DNA of 64,000 nt from contig OY970376.1 in assembly GCA_963718755.1 (NCBI GenBank), positions 527,673 through 591,672 of the forward strand, read 5' to 3'. The stretch comes from an uncultured Solirubrobacterales bacterium (GTDB lineage Bacteria; Actinomycetota; Thermoleophilia; Solirubrobacterales; 70-9). Made by a program: the position numbers and the translations under genes. Under the pieces are notes generated by a model, which ran no database searches, was not told the DNA's origin, and saw nothing but the letters and a program-made list of their open reading frames with translations. Positions 1 to 8,936 of the stretch are shown here, piece by piece; position 1 is the first letter of the stretch, and each line of letters opens with the position of its first letter.

Positions 1-58
1 CGTAGAAGGACGCGCTCCGGTCGAGGTCGGAAACCTCCAGGAGGACATGGTGCAACAT
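1..58 (-). CDS. VOC/glyoxalase-like protein, N-terminal fragment running off the left edge
   Basis: Minus-strand ATG at 58-56 followed by MLHHVLLEVSDLDRSASFY. This resembles the N-terminus of glyoxalase/bleomycin-resistance (VOC) fold proteins. Only 19 codons are visible. Confidence 0.35.
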   Translation of the reverse strand, partial: MLHHVLLEVSDLDRSASFY

Positions 59-158
59 CGGGCTGGAGAGGCTATATGGGGGGCCGGGCGGCGGGTCGGC
101 CGGTCGGATCGGACGAGCGCCACATTTACCCCCTATGGCGTGGTCGATGTGACGTTCG

Positions 159-920
159 TCAGCCGCCGCGCGGGGTCCAGCGAAAGAAGCGGATCGCCAG
201 CAGCAACCCGGCGACGCCCCAGATCGCCACCACCGCCAGGTGGTCCCAGGCGATCGACGAACCACCGCCTGGCACGTAGGCGTCGAAGAACGCCTGGAAG
301 AAAGGGCGGATCGGGAAGTGGTTGGCGAAGTCGGTGACGCCGGAGGGCAGCTCGTCGTCGGGGATGAAGACGCCGGAGAGAAAGTAGAGCGGCAGCAGCA
401 GAGCGTTGACGATCGGCGCGGCAGCGTCCTGCGAGGGGATCGCCGCCGTGAGGGCGATGCCGAGGCAGCAGAAGGACGCCGCGCCCACGGCGAGCACGAC
501 GAGCAGCTCCGGCGCCTGCGCCCAGGGGATCGGCACGCCGTAGAGCAGCTTGCCGAGCGCCGCGACCAGCGCCAGCATCAGCGCCGCGACGACGATCGAG
601 TTGCCGACCCGGCCGGTGATGAAGACCCACGGCGGCAGCGGCGTCGCCCGGACGCGCTTGAGGCGGCTTTCTTCGCGAGCGATGACCAGCGACATGCCCA
701 GCGTCTGCATCGTCGCCGAGACCACCGCGAGGGTGATGATCGCGGGCACGTAGTAAGTCGTGATCTCGATTCCGCCGGCGACGTCGATCGTCTGGTCGCC
801 GAAGACCGTGGCAAAGATCAGCAGCAGGATCACCGGGAAGGCGACGGTGAAGAAGACCGCGGCCGGGTTGCGCCAGAAGACCTTCTGGTCGTAGCGGAGC
901 TGGTGGAGGACGAGGCTCAT
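159..920 (-). CDS. ABC-2 type transporter permease
   Basis: 253-aa ORF with multiple hydrophobic segments. Its start overlaps the stop of the upstream ATPase gene by 4 nt (917-920). Confidence 0.8.
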   Translation of the reverse strand: MSLVLHQLRYDQKVFWRNPAAVFFTVAFPVILLLIFATVFGDQTIDVAGGIEITTYYVPAIITLAVVSATMQTLGMSLVIAREESRLKRVRATPLPPWVFITGRVGNSIVVAALMLALVAALGKLLYGVPIPWAQAPELLVVLAVGAASFCCLGIALTAAIPSQDAAAPIVNALLLPLYFLSGVFIPDDELPSGVTDFANHFPIRPFFQAFFDAYVPGGGSSIAWDHLAVVAIWGVAGLLLAIRFFRWTPRGG

Positions 921-1777
921 GCTGGTTTGGTCAGCTCGAGGTAAACGTCCTCGAGGCTGGGCCGGGTGACCTCCAGCCCCTCGATCTCGATCTCCTCGGC
1001 CAGAGCCCTACCGGTCAGCTCGTTGAGCGTCTGCACCGGGGTCGTCGTCTCCAGCTCGACCTCGCGGCCGTTCTCGCGGTAGCTGATCCGCGCCGGGCGG
1101 CTCTCGCGGTCGCCTAGATCCTCGGGCGTGCCGCGGGCGACGATCTCACCGCCGGCGATGACCGCGACCCGATCCGCCAGGCGCTGTGCCTCGTCCATGT
1201 AGTGGGTGGTGAGGAAGATGGTCTTGCCGAGCTCGCGCAGCCCGGCGATCACGTCCCAGGCCTGCCGCCGCGCCTCGGGATCGAAGCCGGTCGTCGGCTC
1301 GTCGAGAAAGAGCAGGTCGGGGTCGCCGACGAGCGCCATGCCGACGTCGAGGCGGCGCTGCTGGCCGCCGGAGAGGCGGCCGGTTCGCTCGTCGGCCTTG
1401 CCGCTCAGCCCAACTGCCTCGATTACCTCCTCGACCGGGCGCGGCGCCCGGTAGTAGCCCGCGTAGAGGGACAGCGACTCGGCCACCGTCAGGTATGGCT
1501 CGAGCCGCCCGCTCTGCAGGACGACGCCGATTCGCTCGCGCCACTCGCGGTCGGCGCGCTCCGGATCCTCGCCAAAGACGGCGATATCGCCCGCGCTGCG
1601 CTTGCGGTAGCCCTCGAGGATCTCCACCGTCGTCGTCTTGCCGGCGCCGTTGGGGCCGAGGAAGGCGAAGATCTCCCCCGGCAGCACCTCGAGATCGATG
1701 CCGCGCACGGCCTCGGCGTCGCCGTAGCTCTTGCGCAGGCCGCGGATGGAGATGACGGGAGTGGGAACCTCGGACAA
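917..1777 (-). CDS. ABC transporter ATP-binding protein
   Basis: Walker A GPNGAGKTT, ABC signature LSGGQQRRL, Walker B LLFLDEPT. Confidence 0.9.
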   Translation of the reverse strand: MSEVPTPVISIRGLRKSYGDAEAVRGIDLEVLPGEIFAFLGPNGAGKTTTVEILEGYRKRSAGDIAVFGEDPERADREWRERIGVVLQSGRLEPYLTVAESLSLYAGYYRAPRPVEEVIEAVGLSGKADERTGRLSGGQQRRLDVGMALVGDPDLLFLDEPTTGFDPEARRQAWDVIAGLRELGKTIFLTTHYMDEAQRLADRVAVIAGGEIVARGTPEDLGDRESRPARISYRENGREVELETTTPVQTLNELTGRALAEEIEIEGLEVTRPSLEDVYLELTKPA

Positions 1778-1789
1778 AGCCGAAGCAGT

Positions 1790-2722
1790 CTACGAGTCCG
1801 CTGGTTCGAGGTCGCGGTGCTTGACGCGCACGACCACGCCCTCGCTGCCCTCGAGCGCACGGCGGATGCGGTCGGCGACGGTGACCGAGCGGTGCTTGCC
1901 GCCGGTACAGCCGACCGCGATCGTCAGGTGGCTCTTGCCCTCGACGACGTAGGCGGGGACGAGGAACTCGAGCAACGGCAGCAACCGGCCGTAGAACTCG
2001 CCCGCCTGCGTGCCCGACTCGACGTAGGCGCGCACCTCCTCGTCGAGCCCCGTCTGCGGGCGCAGCTCGTCGACGTAATGTGGATTTGGCAGGAAGCGGA
2101 CGTCGAGGGTGAGGTCGGCGTCGCGCGGGGGGCCGTTCTTGAAGCCGAAGGTGAGCAGGGTCAGCGCCAGCTTGCCGCTGTCGTGCCCGCCCAGCATCTC
2201 CTCGGCGATCCGCCGCCGCAGCTGGCCGCCGGTGAGGCCGCTGCTGTCCATGACCATGTCGGCCCGCTCGCGCAGCGGCGCCAGCAGCTCGCGCTCGGCG
2301 CGGATCCCCTCGACGATCCGCCCTTCGGGCGCCAGCGGGTGGCGCCGGCGCGTCTCCTTGTAGCGGTCGAGCAGCGTCTCCTCGTCGGCCTCGAGGAAGA
2401 GCACGGTCGGCTTTAGGCCATCGGTCTCGAGCTCGCCGAGCACCTGGAGCAGGTCCTCGAAGTACTCGCCACCGCGCACGTCGGAGACGACGGCGGCCTT
2501 CTCGACGCCGCTGCCCTCGTGGCGGAAGAGCTCGCCGAGGCTGCCGATCATCCGCGGCGGCAGGTTGTCGACGCAGAAGTAGCCGCCGTCCTCGAAGGCG
2601 GCAATCGCCTCCGACTTGCCGGCGCCCGAGTGGCCGGTGATCAGGATCAGCTCGACCGCTTTGCCGGCCCGGTGGCCGTCGCGGTCCATACCCGCCTCGC
2701 TGCGTTTCGCCGCGTTTGCCAT
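1790..2722 (-). CDS. rapZ: RNase adapter protein RapZ (YvcJ family P-loop protein)
   Basis: N-terminal Walker A GHSGAGKS, FCVDNLPP motif, C-terminal GCTGGKHRSV motif. Sits directly downstream of uvrC, as in many Gram-positives. Confidence 0.85.
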   Translation of the reverse strand: MANAAKRSEAGMDRDGHRAGKAVELILITGHSGAGKSEAIAAFEDGGYFCVDNLPPRMIGSLGELFRHEGSGVEKAAVVSDVRGGEYFEDLLQVLGELETDGLKPTVLFLEADEETLLDRYKETRRRHPLAPEGRIVEGIRAERELLAPLRERADMVMDSSGLTGGQLRRRIAEEMLGGHDSGKLALTLLTFGFKNGPPRDADLTLDVRFLPNPHYVDELRPQTGLDEEVRAYVESGTQAGEFYGRLLPLLEFLVPAYVVEGKSHLTIAVGCTGGKHRSVTVADRIRRALEGSEGVVVRVKHRDLEPADS

Positions 2723-2737
2723 CAGTCGCAGCTCATT

Positions 2738-4618
2738 TCAGCCGCCGGTCCGGTGCAGCTGCTCGTGGATCTCGCGCGCCAGCTTGCCCGGCACGCCCGG
2801 CACCGCCTCCAGCTCCTCGCGGCTCGCCGCGAGGAACCGCTCGGGGGTGCCGAAGTGGTTGAGGAAGGCGCGCTTGCGGGCGGGGCCAACGCCCTTGAGG
2901 CCGTCGAGGACCGAACCGGTCATCGCCCGGTCGCGGCGGCCGCGGTGGTGATCGATCGCGAAGCGGTGCGCCTCGTCGCGCACCCGCTGCAAGAGCTTCG
3001 AGGCCTCGGACTCCGCCGCCAAGTCGATAGGAACGGGGCGGCCGGGGATGTAGACCTCCTCCTGCCGCTTGGCCAAGGAGACGACCGTGACGCCGCGCTC
3101 GGCGAAGGGTCCGAGCGCTCGCATCGCCGCGCTGAGCTGCCCTTTGCCGCCGTCGACGACGACCAGCGACGGCAGCGCCGCAAAGCTCTCGTCGCGCTTG
3201 CCGTCGTGCGGAGAGAGATCGACCTGCTCCTCGTAGCGGCTGACACGGCGGCTCAACACCTCCTGCATGGAAGCGAAGTCGTCGGACCCGTTGCTGCGCT
3301 CACCGCGGACCCGGAAGCGTCGGTAGTCGGCCTTCTTGGTGGCGCCCCCCTCGAAGACGACCATCGAGGCGACCGTGTGCTCGCCGCCGATGTTGGAAAT
3401 GTCGAAGCCCTCGATCCGAACCGGCAGCTCCTCCATCCGCAGCGCCTCGCGCAGGTCGGCGAGCGAGTCGACGCGGCGCTGGCGCCGGTGCTCGCGCCGC
3501 AGCCGGTCCTGATCGAGGGCGAGCCGGGCGTTGCGCTCGGCGAGCTCGCGCAGGCGGCGCTTGTCGCCGCGCTCGGCGACGCGCACCTCGACCGGCGAGC
3601 CGCGCTTCTCCCCCAGCGCCTCGGCCAGCAGCGCCGCCCGCTCGGAGAGGTAGGGGCCGACGACGATCGTGCGCGGCATCGCCGGCGAAGCCGAGTAGTA
3701 CTGGCCGATGAACTCCTCGGCGACCTCGGCCAGGTCGCGTTCGGCCTGGTTGTCGAGGTAGAAGCTCTGGCGCTCAGCGAGGATGCCGTCGCGCACCTGG
3801 AAGACCTGGGCGTTGGCGTCCGCCCCTTCGCTTGCGACACCGATCAGGTCGGCGGTGCCAACCGAGCCGCCGGCGATCCGCTGCCGCTCGAAGAGCGACT
3901 GGACCGCTTTGAGGCGGTCGCGGTGCACCGCGGCCCGCTCGAACTCCCGCGCCGCCGCGGCTTCCTCCATCTTCGCCTGCTCGTCGGCCTCGACCTGTCG
4001 GTAGCGGCCGGAGAGGAAGTCGACGATCGCGTCGATGTTGCGCCTGTACTCCTCCTGGCCGATGTAGCCGACGCACGGCGCCCCGCAACGCTTGATGAAG
4101 TAGTCGAGACAGGGGCTGCCGGAGCGCCGGCCGGGCTCGGCGCCCTCGCAGGTGCGGAACTGGAAGAGCTTGCCGAGCAGGTCGAGCGTCTCCCGCACCC
4201 GCTTGGCGCTGGAGAAGGGGCCGAAGTAGGCGCGGCCGGCGCGGTGCTTCTCGCGAGTGAAGTAGACGCGCGGGTAGTCCTCGTCGAGGCTGACGCAGAC
4301 GTAGGGATAGGACTTGTCGTCGCGCAGGCGGATGTTGAAGCGCGGCCGGTGGCGCTTGATGAAGCTCTGCTCGGCGAGCAGCGCCTCGGCCTCGTTGGCG
4401 GTGACGAGGACGTCGATTCGGTCGACGCGCGAGGTGAGGCGCGTCTCGCCGCCGGAGAAATGCGAGCCAACCCGCTTGCGGATCGAGCGGGCCTTGCCGA
4501 CGTAGAGCAGCTCGCCATTGGCCTCATAGAAGAGGTAGACGCCGGGCGCGTCGGGAAGCTCGCGGCGCTGCCGCGCCAGCCGCTCCGCGCGCGAGGTCTC
4601 TCGGTTGCTTTCGCTCAC
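2738..4618 (-). CDS. uvrC: Excinuclease ABC subunit C
   Basis: GIY-YIG motif (GVYLFY...LYVGKA), central UvrC region and C-terminal HhH. The 892-aa track ORF is over-extended. GTG at 4618 (VSESNRE...) lies just before the GIY-YIG domain and removes the overlap with the crotonase gene. Confidence 0.9.
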   Translation of the reverse strand: MSESNRETSRAERLARQRRELPDAPGVYLFYEANGELLYVGKARSIRKRVGSHFSGGETRLTSRVDRIDVLVTANEAEALLAEQSFIKRHRPRFNIRLRDDKSYPYVCVSLDEDYPRVYFTREKHRAGRAYFGPFSSAKRVRETLDLLGKLFQFRTCEGAEPGRRSGSPCLDYFIKRCGAPCVGYIGQEEYRRNIDAIVDFLSGRYRQVEADEQAKMEEAAAAREFERAAVHRDRLKAVQSLFERQRIAGGSVGTADLIGVASEGADANAQVFQVRDGILAERQSFYLDNQAERDLAEVAEEFIGQYYSASPAMPRTIVVGPYLSERAALLAEALGEKRGSPVEVRVAERGDKRRLRELAERNARLALDQDRLRREHRRQRRVDSLADLREALRMEELPVRIEGFDISNIGGEHTVASMVVFEGGATKKADYRRFRVRGERSNGSDDFASMQEVLSRRVSRYEEQVDLSPHDGKRDESFAALPSLVVVDGGKGQLSAAMRALGPFAERGVTVVSLAKRQEEVYIPGRPVPIDLAAESEASKLLQRVRDEAHRFAIDHHRGRRDRAMTGSVLDGLKGVGPARKRAFLNHFGTPERFLAASREELEAVPGVPGKLAREIHEQLHRTGG

Positions 4619-4681
4619 TTGGCCAAAGGGTAGGCTCCTGGCCAGTTGGCCAACCTTCCACACGGATACGGAGAGAGCGAG

Positions 4682-5506
4682 ATGACCACCGAGACGATCA
4701 GCCCGCCCGAGTTGAGCACGCTGCGAATCGACGTCGATGGCGAGATCGGCACCCTCACCCTCGATCGACCCGACGCCTTCAACGCGATGAGCCCCGAGAT
4801 GATCTTCGACCTTGGGACGGCCTTCGCCTGGTTCGCCGACCAGGCGCCGCTGCGGGCGCTGATCATTACCGGCGCCGGTAAGGCCTTTTGCTCTGGCGGC
4901 GACATCAACGGCTTCAAAGCCGGGGTCGAAGACGACTCGATCGACCTGCCGGCACAGGTGCGGCGCGGAGCCGAGGCGCTGCACGTCGCGATCGTCGACC
5001 TGCGCCGGATCCCATATCCGGTGATCGCGGCGGTCAACGGCGCCGCCGCCGGCGCGGGCTTCTCGCTGGCCCTGGCCTGCGACTTCCGCATAGCCGCCGC
5101 GGATGCCTTCGTCGCCTGCGCCTACGGCCGCATCGGCGCCTCGCCCGACGGTGGCATGACCTACTTCCTGCCGCGCATCGTGGGGCCCAGTCGCGCGCTG
5201 GAAATCTTCCTCGAGGACCCCAACCTGACGGCGGCGGACGCGCTCGAGGAGGGCCTGGTCTCGGAGGTCGTCCCCCCCGACGAGCTGATGGACGCCGCGC
5301 GAGCGAAGGCCGAGAAGCTCGCCACGAAGGCTCCCCACTACGTGAAGATGGCCAAACGGCTCTGCGGCGTCAGCATCGAGAACAGCATCAACGACCACCT
5401 GCAGCTGGAGCGGCACGGAATCGCCGACAGCATGGCGACGGAGGATCTGCGCGAAGGCGCAATCGCCTTCTTCAGCGGCGAGACGCCCGAGTTCAAGGGT
5501 CGCTGA
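4682..5506 (+). CDS. Enoyl-CoA hydratase/isomerase (crotonase) family protein
   Basis: Crotonase motifs ITGAGKAFCSGGDI and AAVNGAAAGAGFSLALACD. ATG at 4682 is preceded by GGAGAGAGCGAG; the track start at 4646 is also possible. Confidence 0.85.
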   Translation: MTTETISPPELSTLRIDVDGEIGTLTLDRPDAFNAMSPEMIFDLGTAFAWFADQAPLRALIITGAGKAFCSGGDINGFKAGVEDDSIDLPAQVRRGAEALHVAIVDLRRIPYPVIAAVNGAAAGAGFSLALACDFRIAAADAFVACAYGRIGASPDGGMTYFLPRIVGPSRALEIFLEDPNLTAADALEEGLVSEVVPPDELMDAARAKAEKLATKAPHYVKMAKRLCGVSIENSINDHLQLERHGIADSMATEDLREGAIAFFSGETPEFKGR

Positions 5507-5589
5507 ACCGGCGCCCCCGACAGGCGTATCTGCTTCGTGAACCGTCTAGAGTCTCCCTGAGCATTCCCCACCCGGAAAGGATCGACTCG

Positions 5590-6030
5590 ATGAAGAAGCT
5601 CGCCTCCCTCCTCGTCCTCGCCCTAGTCGCAGCCGCCCTCGTCGCCTGCGGTGACGACGACTCGACCACGACGACGACCACGTCCGAAACCAGCTCCGGT
5701 GCAGCAGCGGAAGGTGGCGAAAAAGCCGGCGGCGAAGCCGGCGGCGCGACCCTCGCATTCGAAGCCGATCCCAGCGGCGAACTCGCCTACACCAGCACCT
5801 CCGCGGAAACCGAAGCCGGCGAAGTCACCGTCGACTTCAAAAACCCACAGGGCCTCAGCCACGATGTCGCGATCGAAGACTCGAAAGGCGAAACCGTGGG
5901 CAAAACCGACGTGATTGGCGAAGGCGAAACCTCCACCAAGGTCAATCTGAAATCGGGCGAATACACCTTCTACTGCTCGGTCCCCGGCCACCGCGAAGCA
6001 GGGATGGAAGGAACGCTGACTGTCAAATAG
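5590..6030 (+). CDS. Cupredoxin (plastocyanin/azurin-like) lipoprotein
   Basis: MKKLASLLVLALVAAALVAC lipobox signal, Thr/Ser linker, and type-1 copper ligand pattern HD...YCSVPGHREAGM. The internal ATG of the 380-aa track ORF is preceded by GGAAAGGA. Confidence 0.8.
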   Translation: MKKLASLLVLALVAAALVACGDDDSTTTTTTSETSSGAAAEGGEKAGGEAGGATLAFEADPSGELAYTSTSAETEAGEVTVDFKNPQGLSHDVAIEDSKGETVGKTDVIGEGETSTKVNLKSGEYTFYCSVPGHREAGMEGTLTVK

Positions 6031-6072
6031 GCGGTCCCTGACCGGCGCATCTCGGCGTCCTCGGTCACTCGC

Positions 6073-7362
6073 GTGCCAGCGCACGCCACGTTCCCTGCGT
6101 CCTTGATCTGCTTGGCCAGGAACCGCCTATTCTGGATTGCAGTTGGCGTTTGGCTCGCTACGCGTGGGTTGATCGTTGCCAACGTAGGTTTTTGGGGTGA
6201 CCTGCGGCTGCAGGACATCAATAACTATGAGGTCTGGTCTCACTACCTGACGGCCAACCATGCGATTCCGGGCGGGGAATCGTGGCAGTACCCGCCCGGC
6301 GCGGCCTTCCTGATGCTCCTGCCGCGCCTCGGGCCGGGGACTTATGGCGAGTCCTTCGTGGGTCTGATGCTGCTCGTCGACCTTGCCGGCCTTGCCTTGC
6401 TGGCGCTGCTCGGCCGCCGGTCAGGCAACTACACCGGCGTATGGGTGTGGCTGCTGGGCATGCCCCTGCTCGGCACCTTCGCGGTGCTGCGCTTCGACCT
6501 CGTGCCTGCGGTGATCGGGATCGCAGCGCTCGTCGTCATCCACCGCCGCCCCAACTGGTTTGGCGTCCTGGCGGGACTGGGGGCGGCGATCAAGGTCTGG
6601 CCGATAGTCCTGCTCTTCGGCGAGTGGGACCGGCGCCGGCTCATCCACGCGGTCACCGCGGCGCTCGGAACGATCGCACTCGTAGTCGTGATCTCGACGC
6701 TTGCCTTCGGCGGTTCCGCCTCGTTCCTGGGTGAGCAAAGTGAGCGCGGGCTCCAGGAGGAAGCGGTGGCGACGGTGCCATGGCAGGTGCAAGCGATAGT
6801 CACGGGAGAGGGGCCCACCAGGGAGATCCGATACGGAGCGTGGGAGATCGCCACCCCCGGCGCGGACACGGTTGCCAGCCTGCTCAAGTGGCTGACCGTT
6901 GCAGCGCTTGGTGCTGCGGCAGCATGGTGGTGGTACCGGGCCAGGGCGATCTGTGCTGGCCGAGTCGACCTTGCCGATGCGGCAGTGAGCCGGGACTTCG
7001 TCTTCACCATCGTCCTGCTCCTCGTCGTCACGAGCCGGGTGCTCAGCCCTCAATTCATGGTCTGGCTCCTGGGCCTCTCAGCAGTGGTCCTGACGGCAGG
7101 GAGCACCCGCCTGGCTCGACCCGCCTGGCTGGTGCTCGGGGCAACGATCCTCAGCACCAGCCTGTTCAAATCACCAGAGAACATCGTGATCCGAGACCTG
7201 GCACTGCTGGCCGCCACCATGGACGCAGCGATCGCCATGATCGGCATGCTGAGAAAGCCACTAGCTCCAACAGACCTCGTCGGGCCCATGGCCAGAACCG
7301 CTCAGGCTGAGCCAAAGAGAATCACCGAGCCGGTTACACGGCGGGCGCCATCACGCGGGTAA
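6073..7362 (+). CDS. Polytopic membrane protein, possibly a GT-C type glycosyltransferase (DUF2029/GT87-like)
   Basis: 429-aa ORF with about 10 hydrophobic helices. The N-terminal loop and general layout are reminiscent of actinobacterial mannosyltransferase-like DUF2029 proteins. The family call is by eye only. Confidence 0.5.
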   Translation: MPAHATFPASLICLARNRLFWIAVGVWLATRGLIVANVGFWGDLRLQDINNYEVWSHYLTANHAIPGGESWQYPPGAAFLMLLPRLGPGTYGESFVGLMLLVDLAGLALLALLGRRSGNYTGVWVWLLGMPLLGTFAVLRFDLVPAVIGIAALVVIHRRPNWFGVLAGLGAAIKVWPIVLLFGEWDRRRLIHAVTAALGTIALVVVISTLAFGGSASFLGEQSERGLQEEAVATVPWQVQAIVTGEGPTREIRYGAWEIATPGADTVASLLKWLTVAALGAAAAWWWYRARAICAGRVDLADAAVSRDFVFTIVLLLVVTSRVLSPQFMVWLLGLSAVVLTAGSTRLARPAWLVLGATILSTSLFKSPENIVIRDLALLAATMDAAIAMIGMLRKPLAPTDLVGPMARTAQAEPKRITEPVTRRAPSRG

Positions 7363-7807
7363 CCGAGTCACCCACGAAGCACGGCTTCTCGTTGCCCTCG
7401 ACCTCAAGGGTGAAGCGGGTCACTACCTCCCACCAGCCGCCGCCCTTCTCGTCGATCGAGACGACCTCCGCCTTGCCGCGGACTTTGGAGTCAACGGGAA
7501 CCGGGGCGGGGAAGCGGATCTTGTTCCAGCCGTAGTTCACACCGAGGGTGAAGCCGGTCGAGGAGATCAGCGTTTTCCGGAAACCGTCGACCAGCGAAAG
7601 GGTGAGGTTGCCGTGGGCGATCGTGGTGCCGAAGGGGCTCTCGTTCTTCGCCCGCTCGACGTCGACGTGGATCCACTGGTCGTCGCCGGAGATCTCGGCG
7701 AAGGCATTGATGTCGTCCTGGGTCACGGTGCGCCACTCGCTCGGGCCGATTTCCTGGCCCAGCAGGGCCTGCATGCCCTCTACTCCCTGTACCTCGACGG
7801 TTGCCAT
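7334..7807 (-). CDS. MaoC-like (R)-specific enoyl-CoA hydratase/dehydratase
   Basis: Hot-dog fold motif INAFAEISGDDQWIHVDVERAK...TIAHG. Confidence 0.85.
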   Translation of the reverse strand: MATVEVQGVEGMQALLGQEIGPSEWRTVTQDDINAFAEISGDDQWIHVDVERAKNESPFGTTIAHGNLTLSLVDGFRKTLISSTGFTLGVNYGWNKIRFPAPVPVDSKVRGKAEVVSIDEKGGGWWEVVTRFTLEVEGNEKPCFVGDSVTRVMAPAV

Positions 7808-7832
7808 CCGGGCGAAGTTTATGCAACCGCCG

Positions 7833-8222
7833 TCAGTCCGACCACCAGCCGGGGAAGGTCTCGCCGTCGCCGTCGTGGTGGGCTCCTACGGCGAGAACCT
7901 CGAGTCCATCCGAGCCAGCCTCGAAGGCGCGGGTGACCTCGGGTGAGACGCGGATCGCGTCGAGCCTCTCAATCTCGATGATCTCGTCGTCGAGCTTCAT
8001 TCGGCCGGAGCCGCTCAGCACCACGTAGACCTCCTCGGCGTTCTCGTGCTTGTGCCCGAACGGGGAGCGCTGACCAGGCTTCAACCGGGTGTGACTGATG
8101 CCGGTCTCCTCGGCGTCGAGGTCGCCCCTCGCGAATCGCGCCTCCTGCGCGTCGCCGTACCCGAACTCGGCCGCCGAGTCCTTGACGTCGAGAAGCTTCG
8201 TGTGGGTGAACGGGTCGGCCAT
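7833..8222 (-). CDS. Cupin domain protein
   Basis: Cupin motifs FGHKHENAEEVYVVLSG and the following beta strands. 129 aa. Confidence 0.75.
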   Translation of the reverse strand: MADPFTHTKLLDVKDSAAEFGYGDAQEARFARGDLDAEETGISHTRLKPGQRSPFGHKHENAEEVYVVLSGSGRMKLDDEIIEIERLDAIRVSPEVTRAFEAGSDGLEVLAVGAHHDGDGETFPGWWSD

Positions 8223-8278
8223 CTGCGCCTCCTGGGTTGGGTGGGTGCGATTCTCAGGCTACCCGGAGGCAGCCATCG

Positions 8279-8677
8279 CTATGCAGCCGCCAATCGCAAC
8301 GGCGTGTGCCTGGCGATCGTCTCGAAATCGGCATCTGCACTGAGCAACTCCGCTTCGTTTCGGATTGCGACAGTGGCGATGAGGCAATCTGCAAGTTGCC
8401 GTGGGGTCTCCCCCCTGCGGTGACAGAATCGATAGAGCTCCGCCGCATTCTCGTAGTCCATCGGACCGTCGAGGGGAAGAAAGCGCAGGCTGTAGAGGAA
8501 GCGCCGCAACCGGTCCCGGTCCGCGTCATCGCGAGCACCCGCGAGAACCTCCATCACGACGATGTCGGTAGTCGCAAGCTCGGCCTCGCTATCAAGAGCG
8601 GACGCCAACCAGCGGTCGACCGCACTGCCGGTCGACCGCAGGAACTCGATCCAGGCGGAACTATCGACGAGGGTCAC
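8279..8677 (-). CDS. vapC: PIN-domain toxin VapC
   Basis: MTLVDSSAWIEFL N-terminus with conserved acidic residues typical of PIN. 4-nt overlap with the upstream antitoxin gene. Confidence 0.85.
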   Translation of the reverse strand: MTLVDSSAWIEFLRSTGSAVDRWLASALDSEAELATTDIVVMEVLAGARDDADRDRLRRFLYSLRFLPLDGPMDYENAAELYRFCHRRGETPRQLADCLIATVAIRNEAELLSADADFETIARHTPLRLAAA

Positions 8678-8886
8678 AGCTCCGGTATCTCCCGCGGAGT
8701 GCGCATCTCGTCGAGATTCCCGTCCCAGCCGTGCCCCTCCATGGCCAGCATTTCCTCGCGGCTCATCGGCTCGCCGACAAGCTTGCGCAGGGCAAGGTCG
8801 ACCGCCTCCCGTTTACTGCGCAGGCGGTAGATGCGCATCGCGCGATCCACCAGGTCATCATCGATCTCGATGTTGGTGCGCGTCAT
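8674..8886 (-). CDS. vapB: VapB-type antitoxin (DUF2191/RHH-like)
   Basis: MTRTNIEIDDDLVDRAMRIYRLRSKREAVDLALRKL is the typical N-terminus of this antitoxin class. The internal ATG at 8886 is preferred over the track start at 8940. Confidence 0.75.
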   Translation of the reverse strand: MTRTNIEIDDDLVDRAMRIYRLRSKREAVDLALRKLVGEPMSREEMLAMEGHGWDGNLDEMRTPREIPEL

Positions 8887-8936
8887 CACACCAGAATACA
8901 CCTGAAGGTGTATAGCCTCTCTGACGGGGGTCATGG

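Noticed and set aside
2519-4633. 704-aa plus-strand ORF. Other very long ORFs lie antisense to confident genes in the same way: 12966-15002, 15212-16885, 28764-30203, 38412-40127, 44530-46410, 47463-48464, 55505-56953, 60214-61605, 62248-63921.
   Set aside because: Each lies entirely opposite a gene with clear family motifs (uvrC, pit/DUF47, ppk, P450, rnr, tkt, fpg, secA, ahcY, nucleotide-sugar genes). Their translations are Arg/Ala/Gly/Pro-rich low-complexity strings typical of stop-poor antisense frames in GC-rich DNA.
4619-5416. 5' extension of the uvrC ORF (the track gives 892 aa).
   Set aside because: The extension overlaps the crotonase gene on the other strand and has no UvrC-like sequence. 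The GIY-YIG domain begins right after the GTG at 4618.
5590-6030. Two cupredoxin genes (5590-6030 and 48383-48727) considered as parts of a copper or electron-transfer system.
   Set aside because: They are 42 kb apart, unrelated in sequence beyond the fold, and have no adjacent oxidase, reductase or copper-handling genes. They are treated as ordinary stand-alone genes.
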